Part shown: positions 21,891-34,830 of the stretch, piece by piece
How positions within the stretch are numbered: position 1 is the stretch's first letter
Layout of the letters: the number at the start of each line of letters is the position of its first letter
Assembly (NCBI GenBank): GCA_028534125.1
Contig: CM052816.1
Coordinates: forward strand, 10,480,001 to 10,544,000
DNA: 64,000 nt
Origin: Lama glama
Taxonomy: Eukaryota
Direction: 5' to 3'
The notes under the pieces: generated by a model
Databases searched by the model: none
Seen by the model: the letters and a program-made list of their open reading frames with translations, nothing else
What the model was told of the DNA's origin: nothing
Program-made: the position numbers and the translations under genes

Positions 21891-24800
21891 TAGATTTTTC
21901 CTTCTGTTTGACACTCGCAAATCTGCAGTTAGCATACTGGAGGTCCCCTGTCATCTGAAACACCCCTTGGGGTTAGCTCTGCATCTGTGGAGACATCACT
22001 GACCCCAACCTGGGATTGGATTTTCCATCTATTAAACAAAGAGGTTGGACTGGGTGGTTTTTATGGTCTGTTCTAGTGCTGCTATGCTGCGACCAGGGAG
22101 CATGTCCTCTGACCTATGGTTAGAGCAACCTACTAACTCTATTCGCCGGGTAGAAAGGGATTGAAAGGGCCACTGAGATGTGTGACATCCAGTGCTGCTG
22201 TCAGGACAGTCTGGGGGCAGTCCTGGGCTGTGGGTCACCTACTGCAACGCCTGCTACTTTTACCTCAGTATTCTGGGCACAGCCATTTATTGGAGAGTTC
22301 TTTGAACTCCTTTGACTGGGACTTCCTGTTTCTTAGATTAAACCTTTGAAAAACTGGAGCATAGAGTAGATTACTTGAAGGGACTTGGGCCTGATTTTTC
22401 CTCCCATGCATGCTATGCTTGAGTTGTTGGGATAGATTCAGCATCCTTTCCTTTTACTTCAAAATAGTGGGCTGGTTTATTTTGCAGATTTGCCTTTGCA
22501 CGGTTACTTGAGGAATGCGTGTTGACAAGATTACAGCAGTAGCATTCCATTTGAAATGATAGCCACTGATGAAAGGGAATGGTTTTATAATAATGTTAAC
22601 TTTGTTTTATTAAACAACTACTCCTCCAAAGGCACTTTGTGTGCACTAAATGAATTTTGACAACAGTGATCCCCGGTAGCTGTTATTATCCACAGTTTAA
22701 GGACAAAGAACTTGAGAAGTTGAGCGACTAATTAAAATAAACCATAAAATCTAAACTGAGATTTGAACCCTTGCACACGCAAATTCAGAGTCTCTATTTT
22801 TCCCATACAAATGGTGACTTTGCTGTTCAGAGCAGTTATTTCTAGTTTATTTGAATATGAATGCCGTTATGTTCTTCAAGATTCCCAGTGAAATACATTT
22901 ACATGTTCTTCTTGCTTCTTGCTTTCAAATCCTGACTTTCTTCCCATGCAGAATCGTGGGATCATTTCTCCAACAGATTAGAAGTAAATGTCTTATGCAG
23001 TGCTTTGTGAGTTCCCGGCTTTATTAGAACCGAGTTGTATTTCCAATTCTTGTGAGAATAAACAAAGATGTATTTTTATCATTAGAATAAACAGCCCCAA
23101 TGTCAGTAAAAAGTAAAAACAAAAAAACGCTATTTCCATGGATGTAGGTAGTTTAGGCAACAAGAAAAACGTTTTAATGAATCCCAGCATTAAATAGAAT
23201 GTACAGATTAAACTACAACTTTAAATAATATGAACTACAAAATGTGTCTGTTTAAATCCAGTGTATGAGTCTAGAAAATCCTTAGCTCTGTAAGTATAAA
23301 AAATAGAGGCAAATCTACTTCTTGAAATTTAATCGTTAATTAGCATTAACACTCTTTTTGCAGTGTCTACATAAATAAAACTCCAAAATTATGGGGTTAT
23401 CACAATCATTCTATGCTTACTATGTGAGCGTAGTCCTCAAAAAAAAATCTATGAATGAATAATTTCTCCTATTATAGTAATGCAGAATCTCAAGTTTAGC
23501 CAGATTAAATTCTGTGACCAGGAAATATGAGAGAAAGTATTAAGGCCATATTGGAACCTGAGTCAATCTGATATCACTCAGATATATTATCCCAGAATTA
23601 TTCTAGAAATTTCTTTATTTTTGAATTATTTCTCTGGGATGTTATATTATACATCATAATAAGCCTAATTAACGAAGACAAGTTGCTACTTATGGCCATA
23701 TTTAAATTATTCAACACATTTTAATGCATCCATTGTTAATCTAGAGCCCATAATATACGTGTGTAGTAATTGCAAACACCCACTCTCCTCTTAGGCAACT
23801 AATTTAGAGTTTGAAAAATGTGTCAATTATTCATTTAATTTTACTACCTTTATTTGATGATTATGGTAAATATGATTTCTTTTCTCAACTTCTTGCCTTT
23901 ATTGAAAAGCCATCTTTCTTCCAACCATGATGAGTTAGCTTGAACTTTCCTGCAAAGGACAGTTTTCTTCTTAATTAATTAGGTAACTTTAACATTTTAC
24001 TCTCACTAGACACTTAGTGTGTTTCCTCTACTGCCCAGTTATTTTCTTTCTTCGCCTTTGTTAGTTGTTCTTTTCCAGTAATAGGAACTGAATCTTATCC
24101 AAATACCAATGAGAGTTGAAGAGACTGCAAATTAAATTTGAGCTAATGAAATGTTTCTTTTCACATATATGGAGTAATTAACAGCTCCAAAATCCTTTAA
24201 AACAAGAAAAACATCATTTGTAAAGATTACGGAAAGCAATTAGGTTCCAAACTAATCAAATGTTGACTTATATCGATAGTCAATATTAAACAGTTTTCAT
24301 TTGGCCTAAGCCAAAATTTAATCAGAAGCAAAATTCTAGTTAAGTTTGCATAATTTATTGCAGACTCAAAAACCTGTAAAAGCATGTGTAAGCATAATTA
24401 ACCGATTAAAAAGGATTATCATACTAACATGAAATATAAGTATCAGAAATCATACTTTTATTTAGAGTAGTTTTCCTAATGATTCCTTCCTCCTATCCTA
24501 TAAGGGAAGAAGGGACTTATTTTAGCTTCTGAAATAAAAGGTTAGAGAAGTTGTTACTTGTTTTTTATAACTTGAACCATGTAATTAGTAAATAGTGAAC
24601 AATTTGAAAAATACAATAGAATGCATCTTACCAGGTTGCCCAGAGCATTCACTGAGCTTACTTCTTAGCTGGACTATGAAATTCTGACAAATTTCGTATT
24701 AAATTTACATTTCACTGATCTCTATCACAGAGCCCCTAATTCCAGGTCAAATTCCTCTCTGTAGTCCCCCCTAAATTCCTGGTTCTTTTTTACTTTTATG

Positions 24801-24999
24801 TTTGGCATTCCTTTCTTGTAATGAATTTTTAATAACAAATAATGAAAGGAATATAAAGTTCATGATAAAATTCACCTTTTAAAAGTGTCAGAAGATGAGT
24901 TTTCAACAAATACATATATTCATGTTGTGCTACTTGCCCTTATTACATAGATACCAATTCTCTTGACTTGGCGTTCGATCCACAATTTCCTCATCCCAC

Positions 25000-25302
25000 T
25001 TTAGTTTGTGCTTTTTCTGTAAAGGATCAATTAGTAAATATTTTAGACTTTGTGAGGAGTACATTTTCTGACACAACTCTGTATAGTGTGATAACAGCCA
25101 TAGACAATAGGCTATTTTCCAGTGAAACTTTATTTATGGACACAAATTTTAATTACATGATTTTTACATATTATAGAATATTATTATTATTTTATTTCTT
25201 TCCAATGATTAAAAAAATGTATAATCTATTTTTAGCTCATAGGCCGTACAAAAACGTGATGCGGTGGGTTTGATCCGTGGGCCTTAATTGGCTGACCTCT
25301 AC
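25000..25302 (+). mobile_element. hAT-Charlie MITE (MER58B-like)
   Basis: tttttctgtaaagg..aattagtaaatattttagactttg...aaactttatttatggacac...ttagctcataggccgtacaaaaac...ccgtgggcc...gctgacctct. Confidence 0.8.
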
Positions 25303-26387
25303 TACCATCTAAAGGAACATAAAATCATAGAATTCAGTGTAAGGTCTAGAAAGCAGCTCATCTAATGCTTTATTTATTTTTTTTAATCATATACAGAAAT
25401 GAAGCTCAAAAATAGTAAAGGAAACTAAGTGGTTAAAAAAATTGTGTGGAATATTAGTGATCTGCTTTGGTCAGTGGGTAGTGGCTGCCTGGAGTCTTGT
25501 GTTGGGAAGGACTCAGGTCCAGTCTGTGCCTCGTGGGAGGAAAATCATGTTGTGATTGATGGGTGATGTCTGCCTTGAGTGCTACAGTGGAATCACATCA
25601 AAGGAATATTCAGTGTATGCAAATTCGCCTGTCTGTGCTCTGCTAAAGAAGAGGGAGGAGAAGAGGGTGGGCCAAAGAGACAGAAGTCAAAATTGTGTGA
25701 ATGAATGGTAACTTGAGAATGAGGATGAGAACAAATGAATGAACACTTGACACACCGCAGACTCTTCTGATTACCTTCCACTCAGTGAGTATATTCCTTG
25801 ATGTGGGAGTAGGTGGATAGGAATTCCTTGTTCCCTCAGTCAGGAACATTACTCCATACAGAGATTCCAGGCTGTAAAATACTTTCTTTAAAAATTGCAA
25901 CATGTTCCAGATGCAAGCCACCTACCTAATCTGGTGGTAGAAGAAAAAAGCAATATGTTTCAATAAGAGAGAAAATTTTGACTGTGGTGGATGTTTTGCA
26001 GCATGTTACGCTGAGTTCCAGCATGGAGTTTTCCCTAATGCAATTTTGATGTGATGCATTTTTTTGCCTTATGTAATGTACTTTAGAACTCATCCCTGTA
26101 GAAAGATGTGTCTCTACCGTAGGTCACAAATTTGAATTTCCCTACCAAGCCCAACATAACACTGGGCATTAAAAACTCAACTTTACTTAGTGCCCTCACC
26201 CACAGAGGTACAAGTGATTGGAGATGATTTCAAATGCTTAAGGAAGGATGCTGCATTGTCAAGTGTAGGAAAAACTGAATCAATGTATCCTATTCTTTTG
26301 AAGTTAAGAATGACTTTCTAGAATGGTGTCTTTACTCATTCCTTCTTCTTCTCAGGCTTTTATATCTGGGGTAAAGAAATAGCAGGG

Positions 26388-26887
26388 NNNNNNNNNNNNN
26401 NNNNNNNNNNNNNNNNNNNNNNNNNNNNNNNNNNNNNNNNNNNNNNNNNNNNNNNNNNNNNNNNNNNNNNNNNNNNNNNNNNNNNNNNNNNNNNNNNNNN
26501 NNNNNNNNNNNNNNNNNNNNNNNNNNNNNNNNNNNNNNNNNNNNNNNNNNNNNNNNNNNNNNNNNNNNNNNNNNNNNNNNNNNNNNNNNNNNNNNNNNNN
26601 NNNNNNNNNNNNNNNNNNNNNNNNNNNNNNNNNNNNNNNNNNNNNNNNNNNNNNNNNNNNNNNNNNNNNNNNNNNNNNNNNNNNNNNNNNNNNNNNNNNN
26701 NNNNNNNNNNNNNNNNNNNNNNNNNNNNNNNNNNNNNNNNNNNNNNNNNNNNNNNNNNNNNNNNNNNNNNNNNNNNNNNNNNNNNNNNNNNNNNNNNNNN
26801 NNNNNNNNNNNNNNNNNNNNNNNNNNNNNNNNNNNNNNNNNNNNNNNNNNNNNNNNNNNNNNNNNNNNNNNNNNNNNNNNNNNNNNN
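26388..26887. other. Assembly gap (500 N)
   Basis: Run of exactly 500 N. Confidence 0.99.
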
Positions 26888-29452
26888 ACATCCTTGCCAA
26901 AACATGTTGTTTCCTGGATTCTTTTGATAATGGCCATCCCAGCAGGTATGAAGTGATACCTCATTGTGGTTTTAATTTGCATTTTCCTGATGGTTAGTGA
27001 TGTTGAGAGTCTTTTCATACACCTGCTGGCTATTTGTATGTCTTCTTTTGAGAAATATCTATTCAAGTCCTTTGACCATTTAAAAAATCAGGTTATTTGC
27101 TTTTTTGCTATTAAATTGGAAGAGTTCCTTCTATACTTTGTGTATTAACCCCTTATCAAACATATGGCTTGTAAATATTTTCTCCCATTCCATAGGTTGA
27201 CTTTCACTCTATTAATTGTTTCCTTCTGTATATAGAAGCTTTATAGTTTGATGTAGTCCCACTTGCCTGTATTTTGCTTTTGTAGCTTGTGCTTTTGGTG
27301 TCATCAGTGAGAAATCATTGCCAAAACCAATTTCATTAAGCTTTTATACTATGTTTTTTTCTAGTTTTATAGTTTAAAATCTTACATTTAAGTTATTAAT
27401 CTATTTTGAGTTGATTTTTGTATGTGATGTAGGGTAGTGGTACAGTTTTATTTTTTTGCATGCAAATATCCACTTTACTCAGTATCATTTGTTGAAGAGA
27501 CCATATTTCCCCCATTATATAGTCTTGGCACCATTGTTGAAAATGGTTTGACCGTATATGCATGGATTTGTTTCTAGATTGTCTATTCTGTACCATCAAT
27601 CTATGTATCTGCCTTTATGCTAGTACCACACCCTTTGGATTACTGTAGTGTTGTAATATGTTTTGAAATGAGGACGTGTGAGGCCTCCAGCTTTGTTCCT
27701 TCTCATTGTTTTGGCTACTCAGAATCCTTTGGGGTGACTTTTAGGATTGTTTTTTATATTTTTGTAAAAAATAGCATTGGAATTTTGATAGAGATTGCAT
27801 TGAATCTGTAGGTAACGTTGGATAGTATGTCCATTTTAGCAATATTAAGTTTTCCAATCCATGTCAACATGAGATATCCTTCCATTTGTGTAATCTTTCA
27901 TTTCTTTCAGCAATGTGTTGTAGTTTTCAGTGTATAAGTTTTGCCACTGTGGTTAGTTTATTCCCAAGTATTTTATTCTTTTTGATGTTATTATAAATAG
28001 GATTATTTTCCTTAACGTCCTTTTCAGATTGTTTGGTGGTGTTGCATAGAAGTGCAGCTGATTTTTGTATATTGTTTTTGTATCCTACAACTCTTCTTTT
28101 TTAAAATTCTAACAGCTTTTTTTTAGTATATATAGAATTTTAGGGTTTTCTAACATATAAGATCATATCATCTGTGAACAGAGATAATTTTACTTCTTCA
28201 TTTATGATTTGCATGCCTTTTGTTTTTCTTGACTAATTGCTCTGGTTAGTACTTCCAGTACTATGTTGAATAGAGGCAAGAGTGGGCATCCTTGTCTTTT
28301 TCCTGATCTTAAAGGAAAACTTCCAGTTTTTCACCATTGAATGTGATAGCTGTGGACTTTTCATGTGTGGACTTTATTATGTTGAGGTAATTTAATTCTA
28401 TTTCTAGTGTCCTGAAATTTTTTTAAATTATGAAAGGGTGTTGAATTCTGTGGAATGCTTTTTCTGTATCCACTGAGATGATCATGTGATTTTTGTCCTT
28501 CCTTCTATTAATGTGGTGTTTCCTGTTGATTGCCTTGCATATGTTGAGCCATTGTTTCATCCCAAGGGTAAATTTCATTTGGTCATGGTGTAGGATTCTT
28601 TTAATGTACTGTTGTATTCTGTTTGCTAGGATTTTGTTGAGGATTTTTGCATCCTAATTCATCAGGAATATTGACCTGTAATTTTCTTTTCTTATAGTAT
28701 ATTCTTTTCTGGTTTGGCATCAAGGTAATGTTGACCTCATGAAACGAATTTGGAAGTGCTGAGAAGGATTGTCATTGGTTCTCTTTCAGTTTTTGAAAGA
28801 GTTGAGGATTGTTAATTCTTTAAATGTTTGATAGAATTTCCCCAGTGAAGTCATTTGGTCCTGGGCTTTTCTTTGTTAGGAGAGTTTTGATTACTGATTC
28901 AATATCCTTACTAGTTATAGGTGTGTTCACATTTTCTCTTTGTGATTCAGTCTTCATAGGTTGTATGTTTTTAGAAATTCATCCATTTCTTCTAGGCTTT
29001 CCAATTTGTTGGTATATAATTGTTCACAGTTGTCTTTTAATTTCTGTGGCATCTGTTGTAATGTCTCCTTTCTTATTTCTGATATTATTTTTTGAGTCTT
29101 GTTCCTTTTTTTCTTAGTCCAGCTAAGGATTTGTCAATTTTGTTGATATTAAAAAATAAAAACTCGTAGTTTTGCCGACTTCTTTTGTTGTTTTCCCATT
29201 CTCTGTTTCTCCTTTAATCTGTAATATTTTCTTTCTTCTGCTAGCTTTGGGCTACTGTTTTCTTCTTTTTCTCATTCCTTGAGGCATAAAGTTGGATAAT
29301 TTATTTGAGATCTTTCTTCTTTTTTTAATTTAGGCATTTATTGTTATAAAATTCACTCTTGGTTCTGTTTTTGCAGCATCCCTTAAGTTTGGTATATTGA
29401 GTTTCTATTTTCATTTGTCTTAAGATATCTTCTAGTTTCTCTGTTGATTTCA
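26888..29452 (-). mobile_element. Degenerate L1 ORF2 region, about 2.6 kb
   Basis: ORF fragments NRYFSKEDIQIASRCMKRLSTSLTIRKMQIKTTMRYH and SKVDICMQKNKTVPLPYITYKNQLK; continuous T-rich reversed ORF2 sequence with many stops and frameshifts. Confidence 0.95.
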
Positions 29453-29589
29453 CTGGGAGACAACCACTGCCAGGGGTTCTCTTTACCCTCTCACATTAGC
29501 AAAGGGATCCTGATTGTTGTCTGACAGGTGTGTGATCCAGCTCTAGAATCTCACCTGAGAATCTGATTTCTTGGGCCAGTTCCAAGACC

Positions 29590-29865
29590 AACAGCCTAGC
29601 CTAGATTCCCCCCAAAATTGGAACACAAGACAAAGGCTTGCTTGCAGGCAGTTTATTTTGGGAAGTGATCTCAGGGGATAGGAAAAGGGGAGAGGAACAC
29701 TTTGAAGGCTAAAGCAGGGAAAAAAGAAAAGATAACAGAAGAGGGAGTTATTAAATTGGTCTTACTGTAGCCAACTGAGGTTGGACCTTGTAGGAACCCT
29801 CTCGGGAACCTGTAGAATATTCCTTAGATAGTTTACCCATGGACAGAGGAGAAAAGTATTTACTG
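29590..29865. mobile_element. ERVL-class LTR remnant (LTR16/LTR33-like)
   Basis: cctagcctagattcccc...gacaaaggcttgcttgcaggcagtttattttgggaagtgatctcagg motif. Confidence 0.55.
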
Positions 29866-30125
29866 TTACATGTTGCTTCAAGATATTATAATCCATAGTA
29901 ATTTAAACTCCCCTTTAGATCATTCATTAAGAGTAGAGTCCTTTTTATTTTTTACATCCCCAACATCTACCTCAGTGCTTTGAACATAGAGGCTATTACT
30001 AAATACTTCTCGAATTCATCAGTGAGTGTGCTCTCCTCAGTAGTTACTCTGAGCAGCGGAGGGAGTTACTGAAATCTGCTGTGTACACTGAGACTTTTCC
30101 TTTAGCAAAAACTATGGCTACCAAT

Positions 30126-30490
30126 TCTCTGAGTCCATTTAGATTGCTAAAATAAAATACCACAAACTGGGTGGCTTACAAACAATAGAAATTTATTGTT
30201 CATAGTCCTGGGAGCTGAGAAGTCCAACATCGAGGTGCCAGCACGCTCACCTTCTGGTGAGGGTCCTCTTTGTTGTTCACAGCCAGTGTCTTCTCCCTGT
30301 GTCCTCATATGGTGGGAGTGGCTTGAGAGCTCTCTGGAACCTCTTTTATAAGGGATTAATCCCATTCATGAAGTTCCACCCTCATGACTTAAAGACCCCT
30401 AAAAGGCCTTTCCTTCTAATACCATCATGCTGGACACTGGAATTTCAACATACTGATTTTGTAGGGGACACAAACATTCAGACCATAGCA
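30126..30490 (-). mobile_element. MaLR solo LTR (MLT1A-like)
   Basis: aaaataccacaaactgggtggctta...aaatttattg...gaagtccaacatcgaggtgccagca...ttttataagg...acacaaacattcagaccatagca (reverse of the TGCTATGG start). Confidence 0.9.
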
Positions 30491-30638
30491 TTAACCTGTG
30501 TCTCCAAAAAAAGTGTCCAGCTTATTCTTTACCTCCTGACCAAGGCTACCACTGGTGGGATGGAAGTTTCAATGTCTTTCATACTTTTTAAAATCTGTGA
30601 ATATGTATCATTATCTACAGTTCCTTGTTTGCCTTAAA

Positions 30639-30660
30639 CACACACACACACACACACACA
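30639..30660 (+). repeat. (CA)11 microsatellite
   Basis: Perfect dinucleotide run. Confidence 0.95.
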
Positions 30661-30664
30661 GTTT

Positions 30665-30845
30665 GCTCTAGAATTAGACTGCCTGGGTTTGATATATCTA
30701 TATATATAGCTAATATTCTCTGTGTGGCTTTGGGCAAGTTGCTTAACCTCTCTGTTCCTCTGATTCTACACCTATAAAATGACAATAATTCTAATACCTG
30801 CCTCACAGGAGTGTTGGGAGAATTATAGGTGATAAACCATGTAAC
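30665..30845 (+). mobile_element. MIR SINE
   Basis: agactgcctgggttt...tgtgtggctttgggcaagttgcttaacctctctgttcctc...acctgcctcacagg. Confidence 0.85.
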
Positions 30846-33134
30846 CTATTTTATAAATAGGTATCACCTCTGCAAATGAGGCATTTTGTTGATAATATGT
30901 ACAAATAAAAGCACTGTTTGGGCAAGGGAAATATCTTCTGTGAATCTCACAGCTCCTGGCATCATCTCAGTAAACATTATCAGGAGCAATGTTGAAAGTC
31001 TTTTAACAATTGTCTGGCATGGGCATTGACCAGAGTGTCACTGGTCATTAACCATTATTATGGCCCTACTGGTAGGTACAGGCTGAACAGAAGCATGAAG
31101 CTCCCTCAGAACCTTCCCAAAATAGAGCGCTCCTTTGGTACTCTCCTGAGTCCAATCCCCATCTGCTAGTCTCCTGCATCCTAGGGTGGTCCAGGATTGC
31201 ATGCCACTCTGTTCAGGCAGATTCAGATGGGAGGTAGGCTGCTGAGAGGTTAGTAACAGGTGAGGGGTAGTTGCTTCTGGGCAATAGTATGACTATGGTG
31301 AGGAGGGGCCCCCCATGCCACTCTTAGACATTCTTCCTGTGGTTTTAGAGAATTGGGTGTGCTCTGCTATTGAGATAACCTGCATCTCTTTGCCCACACC
31401 CATCACCAAAGCCACCTGGATTCTACTCTCCTCTCAGCTAACGGTGGGGCCCCAGCAAGCACAGGACCTTCCACATCCCAGTTGTGTAAGCGCCAAGTCT
31501 TATAGCACCAAGCTGTCAAACTCCTGCCATCAGTCTGCCTTTGCATGGCTGTCAGCTGAAGAGGAAAAGTTTCTTTCTTTTTTTTTTTTTTAACTATTTG
31601 GAAGATGTTATAGTTTATTGTGGTATAGCCGATATATGGAAATGTGCCTATAGCAGACATTATTTCAAAAGTGAAGCAGTAATGAGAATTATCTTGTTAA
31701 AGAGGCCACTGCATGAGAATAATGTATTTCTTAAATTCAAAATGATAAATATGCTGTTATAAAAACCCTCTCGGTATATTTTAGGCATAAAAATAGGAAA
31801 TGTTTCTTTTGGTTATTCAAAACAATGACTACAATGGAAAGCTTGTAGCCGCCTGGTTTCTGAAGAGCGGAGAACTTTTATCCACTGCCTCAGTTTATAA
31901 AACCAAATGGCTAAAGTATAATTAATTCCCACTCCATCACTGTGGGATAAATGGATGCTTTTGAAAAGAAAAAAGGCAAACTGTTTTACATGATCTTTTT
32001 GCATAACATAACCTTACAGGTTCTCATTCAACAAGTAAAAGTTGGAAATGTGACCTTATAAATGTGAATCCCCAAAGACTACTTGGGATCTGTGCTGCTG
32101 TATTTTTAAAAGCTTACTGCCTCGTGAGAGAATGAGACAAAGTGGAAAGAATGTGCAGTTTTAAGAGCTGATTTTGTCTCTGGACTGTGGCAAAGTCAGA
32201 AAAGCAGAGTCACCATTCTGAGACCATCTACTCCTTCCTCTGTGTCAAGATCTTCCTTGTATACTGTGTAGCCTCATGTACTGTGACACTCTTGAACATA
32301 GCGATGAAGGGGTTAGGGGCACATCAAAATGTATTCCCATCCCCGCTCCCACTCCTCAAATCATCTGAGTCAGCTCTGGAGTGGAAAAAATTCACCATTT
32401 TTTATCTCTGGGTGCTTTCTAGGCTCTGTTAGCTCTGTCTTTTTAGGCACAACTTCCCATTGTGGACAAAGAGCAAATGGAGCTACCAGAGGTGTTTGCA
32501 GTCCAGTTGTTTAAAGAGCATATCACAAAGCCCAAAATGTGGCCATTAGGGATTGGTGGGATGGAAAGCTGGATAGGGGACCTGGGAGATGCAGCCACAA
32601 TTGGATACCCACATCTCTTTGTCCCATATATGGAGTATGTCAATCCTTCTATAGTAGAATGTGGCCCTTAGTAAAGTTATCCAGACTGGCTTCACAGTCT
32701 TTCTGACCAAGCCTGTGAGTTCTATAAATGAAAATTCCATCACTCTTTTGAAACGTTTAAGAAAAAAGTGATAAGGTTAAAAAACTTATTTTCATTATCA
32801 CAATGTTTGTCAACAAAAGAAAGAGAAACTATTAGCATCTTTATACAAAATCAATTTTTGCAAATATTGGAATAATGAAAATTATATTTTTATCACATAC
32901 TTGACCAAATAGGTATTTTATTTTATTTTGAAAACTCAGATTAGACATCATCAAAAAGTCTTGATCAAGAATTGGGTCAGGCTGTTGTTTGGAAGTCTAC
33001 AAATTGAATATTTACAATAATCTCTAATACTTTGTATTTTATTTTTATAATATAAATAATGTGTAATAAAATTTCCCAAGCACATAATCTCTTACATCTT
33101 TGAGTTAACTTCTACATTCTGTATAAATGTCTTG

Positions 33135-33357
33135 GATTAGCAGGTGCAAACTGCTATATATAAAGTAGATAAACAACAAGGTCCTACAGCATAGCACAGG
33201 GAACTATATTCAGTACCTTATAATAGCCTATAATGGAAAAGAATATGAAAAAGAATCTGTATGTGTGTGTGTGTGTGTGGATGGATATATATATATATGA
33301 CTGGATAACTATGCTGTACTAACACAACAGTGTGAATCAACTATACTTCAGTAGAAA
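33135..33357 (+). mobile_element. 5'-truncated L1 3' end
   Basis: ggattagcaggtgcaaactgctatatataaagtagataaacaacaaggtcctacagcatagcacagggaactatattc...caactatacttca; contains a (GT)n tract. Confidence 0.9.
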
Positions 33358-33572
33358 AGTCTTCCTTTTCTATGTTCTGCCTTATAAGGTGGATTTGAAG
33401 CTTTTTGGAGAAAATTTATAAGAATATGCTTTGTGAATCACATTTTCTTGGTACACCTAGGGCGTATTATCTCCTCTTGTGTTACATTCCAAGGAGTTCT
33501 TTCCCTTTCCAACAGGCTAGTTCAGGCTCCAGATACTTCATCGATATTTTGCCCTATTGATTTCATACACAA

Positions 33573-33574
<2 letters not shown>

Positions 33575-33610
<36 letters not shown>
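33575..33610 (+). repeat. (AC)18 microsatellite
   Basis: Perfect dinucleotide run; the source of the HTHTHT in ORF 33433-33654. Confidence 0.95.
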
Positions 33611-33612
<2 letters not shown>

Positions 33613-34019
33613 CTTATTCAAGATACCAAGGAAGCTGGAATATTTCAGAATTAAGTAAACAGAAGGTGGTTTCTATCCCCTGCCCCAAAAGACACAGTCC
33701 CCAAATTCCAGTCCCAAATTCTGAACAAATACAACTGCTCCATTGGTTAATAGCCCTTTTAAAACTTTATGTGGCCAACATACTCATTGAATTTTTTCTT
33801 TCTGTGACCATGCTTTGTTTTAGCATATAAGATCCCGGAGAGAGGAAGCATGTTTCAGAACCCTGGACAGACGTGTGCACTTGTTGGACGATGTAGATTT
33901 TAGCACTCCACCCCAACAGAGTCAGACAATTTACTATAGCTCTTCTGGGTCTTGACAAAGTAGGCAAGGACAGCAGAGCATCGTAATCCTGATTTCCATT
34001 CAAAAAACGGGCATTAAAG

Positions 34020-34830
34020 ACACTGAAGAGACAACATTTCATAATGGTTCTGTCCGTTCTACTTCTAAAATGTGTACTGAATCCATTCACTTCCCTCTAA
34101 TTTCATTCTCTCCATCCTCTCTTGTGTAACCTCTGTCTAAGCCATCATCATCTGTCACCTGGACTGTGAAATAGTTACCTAACTAGTCTCCCTCTCTTGA
34201 TTCATTACAATGTATTGCCCACCTAGCAGCCTGATCCTGTGACTTCCCTGATTAGAGTCCGTCAATAATTTCCTATCTCACTTGGATTGGAATCCAAACT
34301 CCTAACCATGGCTTACTGGGTCTGATGTGATCTGGCTCACTGATGTCATCTCCTGCCTGCTCCTCTGGGCTTACTGTGCTTCAGCCACCCTCTTACTGAT
34401 CCCTGGGTCTGCCCAAGCTCCTCTATCCCAGCTTCTGTATTTGTGGTTTCTTCTGCCTAGGATCTCTTTCCTCAGATCTTCACATAGCCAGCTGCTTCTC
34501 ACTCCTTAGCCCTCGACTCCCCTGGTTTGAAAGAACTTCCATGGCCATCGTGATTAAAGGAGCCTCCAGGAAAGACCCCATCAGTATCTATGGACTGGCT
34601 TTATTGCCGTCATAGCACCATGTTTAGCATTTGTTCAGGTTTGAAAATATCTTGCTTAACTTATTTGTTTCTGTGTGTATTTTCTGATTTTTCCAATGAA
34701 AGATGAACTCCTTCAGAACAGGCAACTTGTCTCCTTTTCGTGCCATCGAATCCCGGTAGGTATTAGAATACATGGCAAAGAGTAGTCAGTCAATAAGTGT
34801 TTGCTGAACAAAGGAATACACGAATGAATG
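34020..34830 (+). mobile_element. L2 3' portion (about 0.8 kb)
   Basis: ccatcatcatctgtcacctggact...aatccaaactcctaaccatggc...ttctgcctaggatctc...caataagtgtttgctgaa...gaatgaatg tail. Confidence 0.85.

Noticed and set aside
26332..27066. Long ORFs of 181-244 aa
   Set aside because: Artefacts of reading through the 500-N gap; the real residues are L1 ORF2 remnants.
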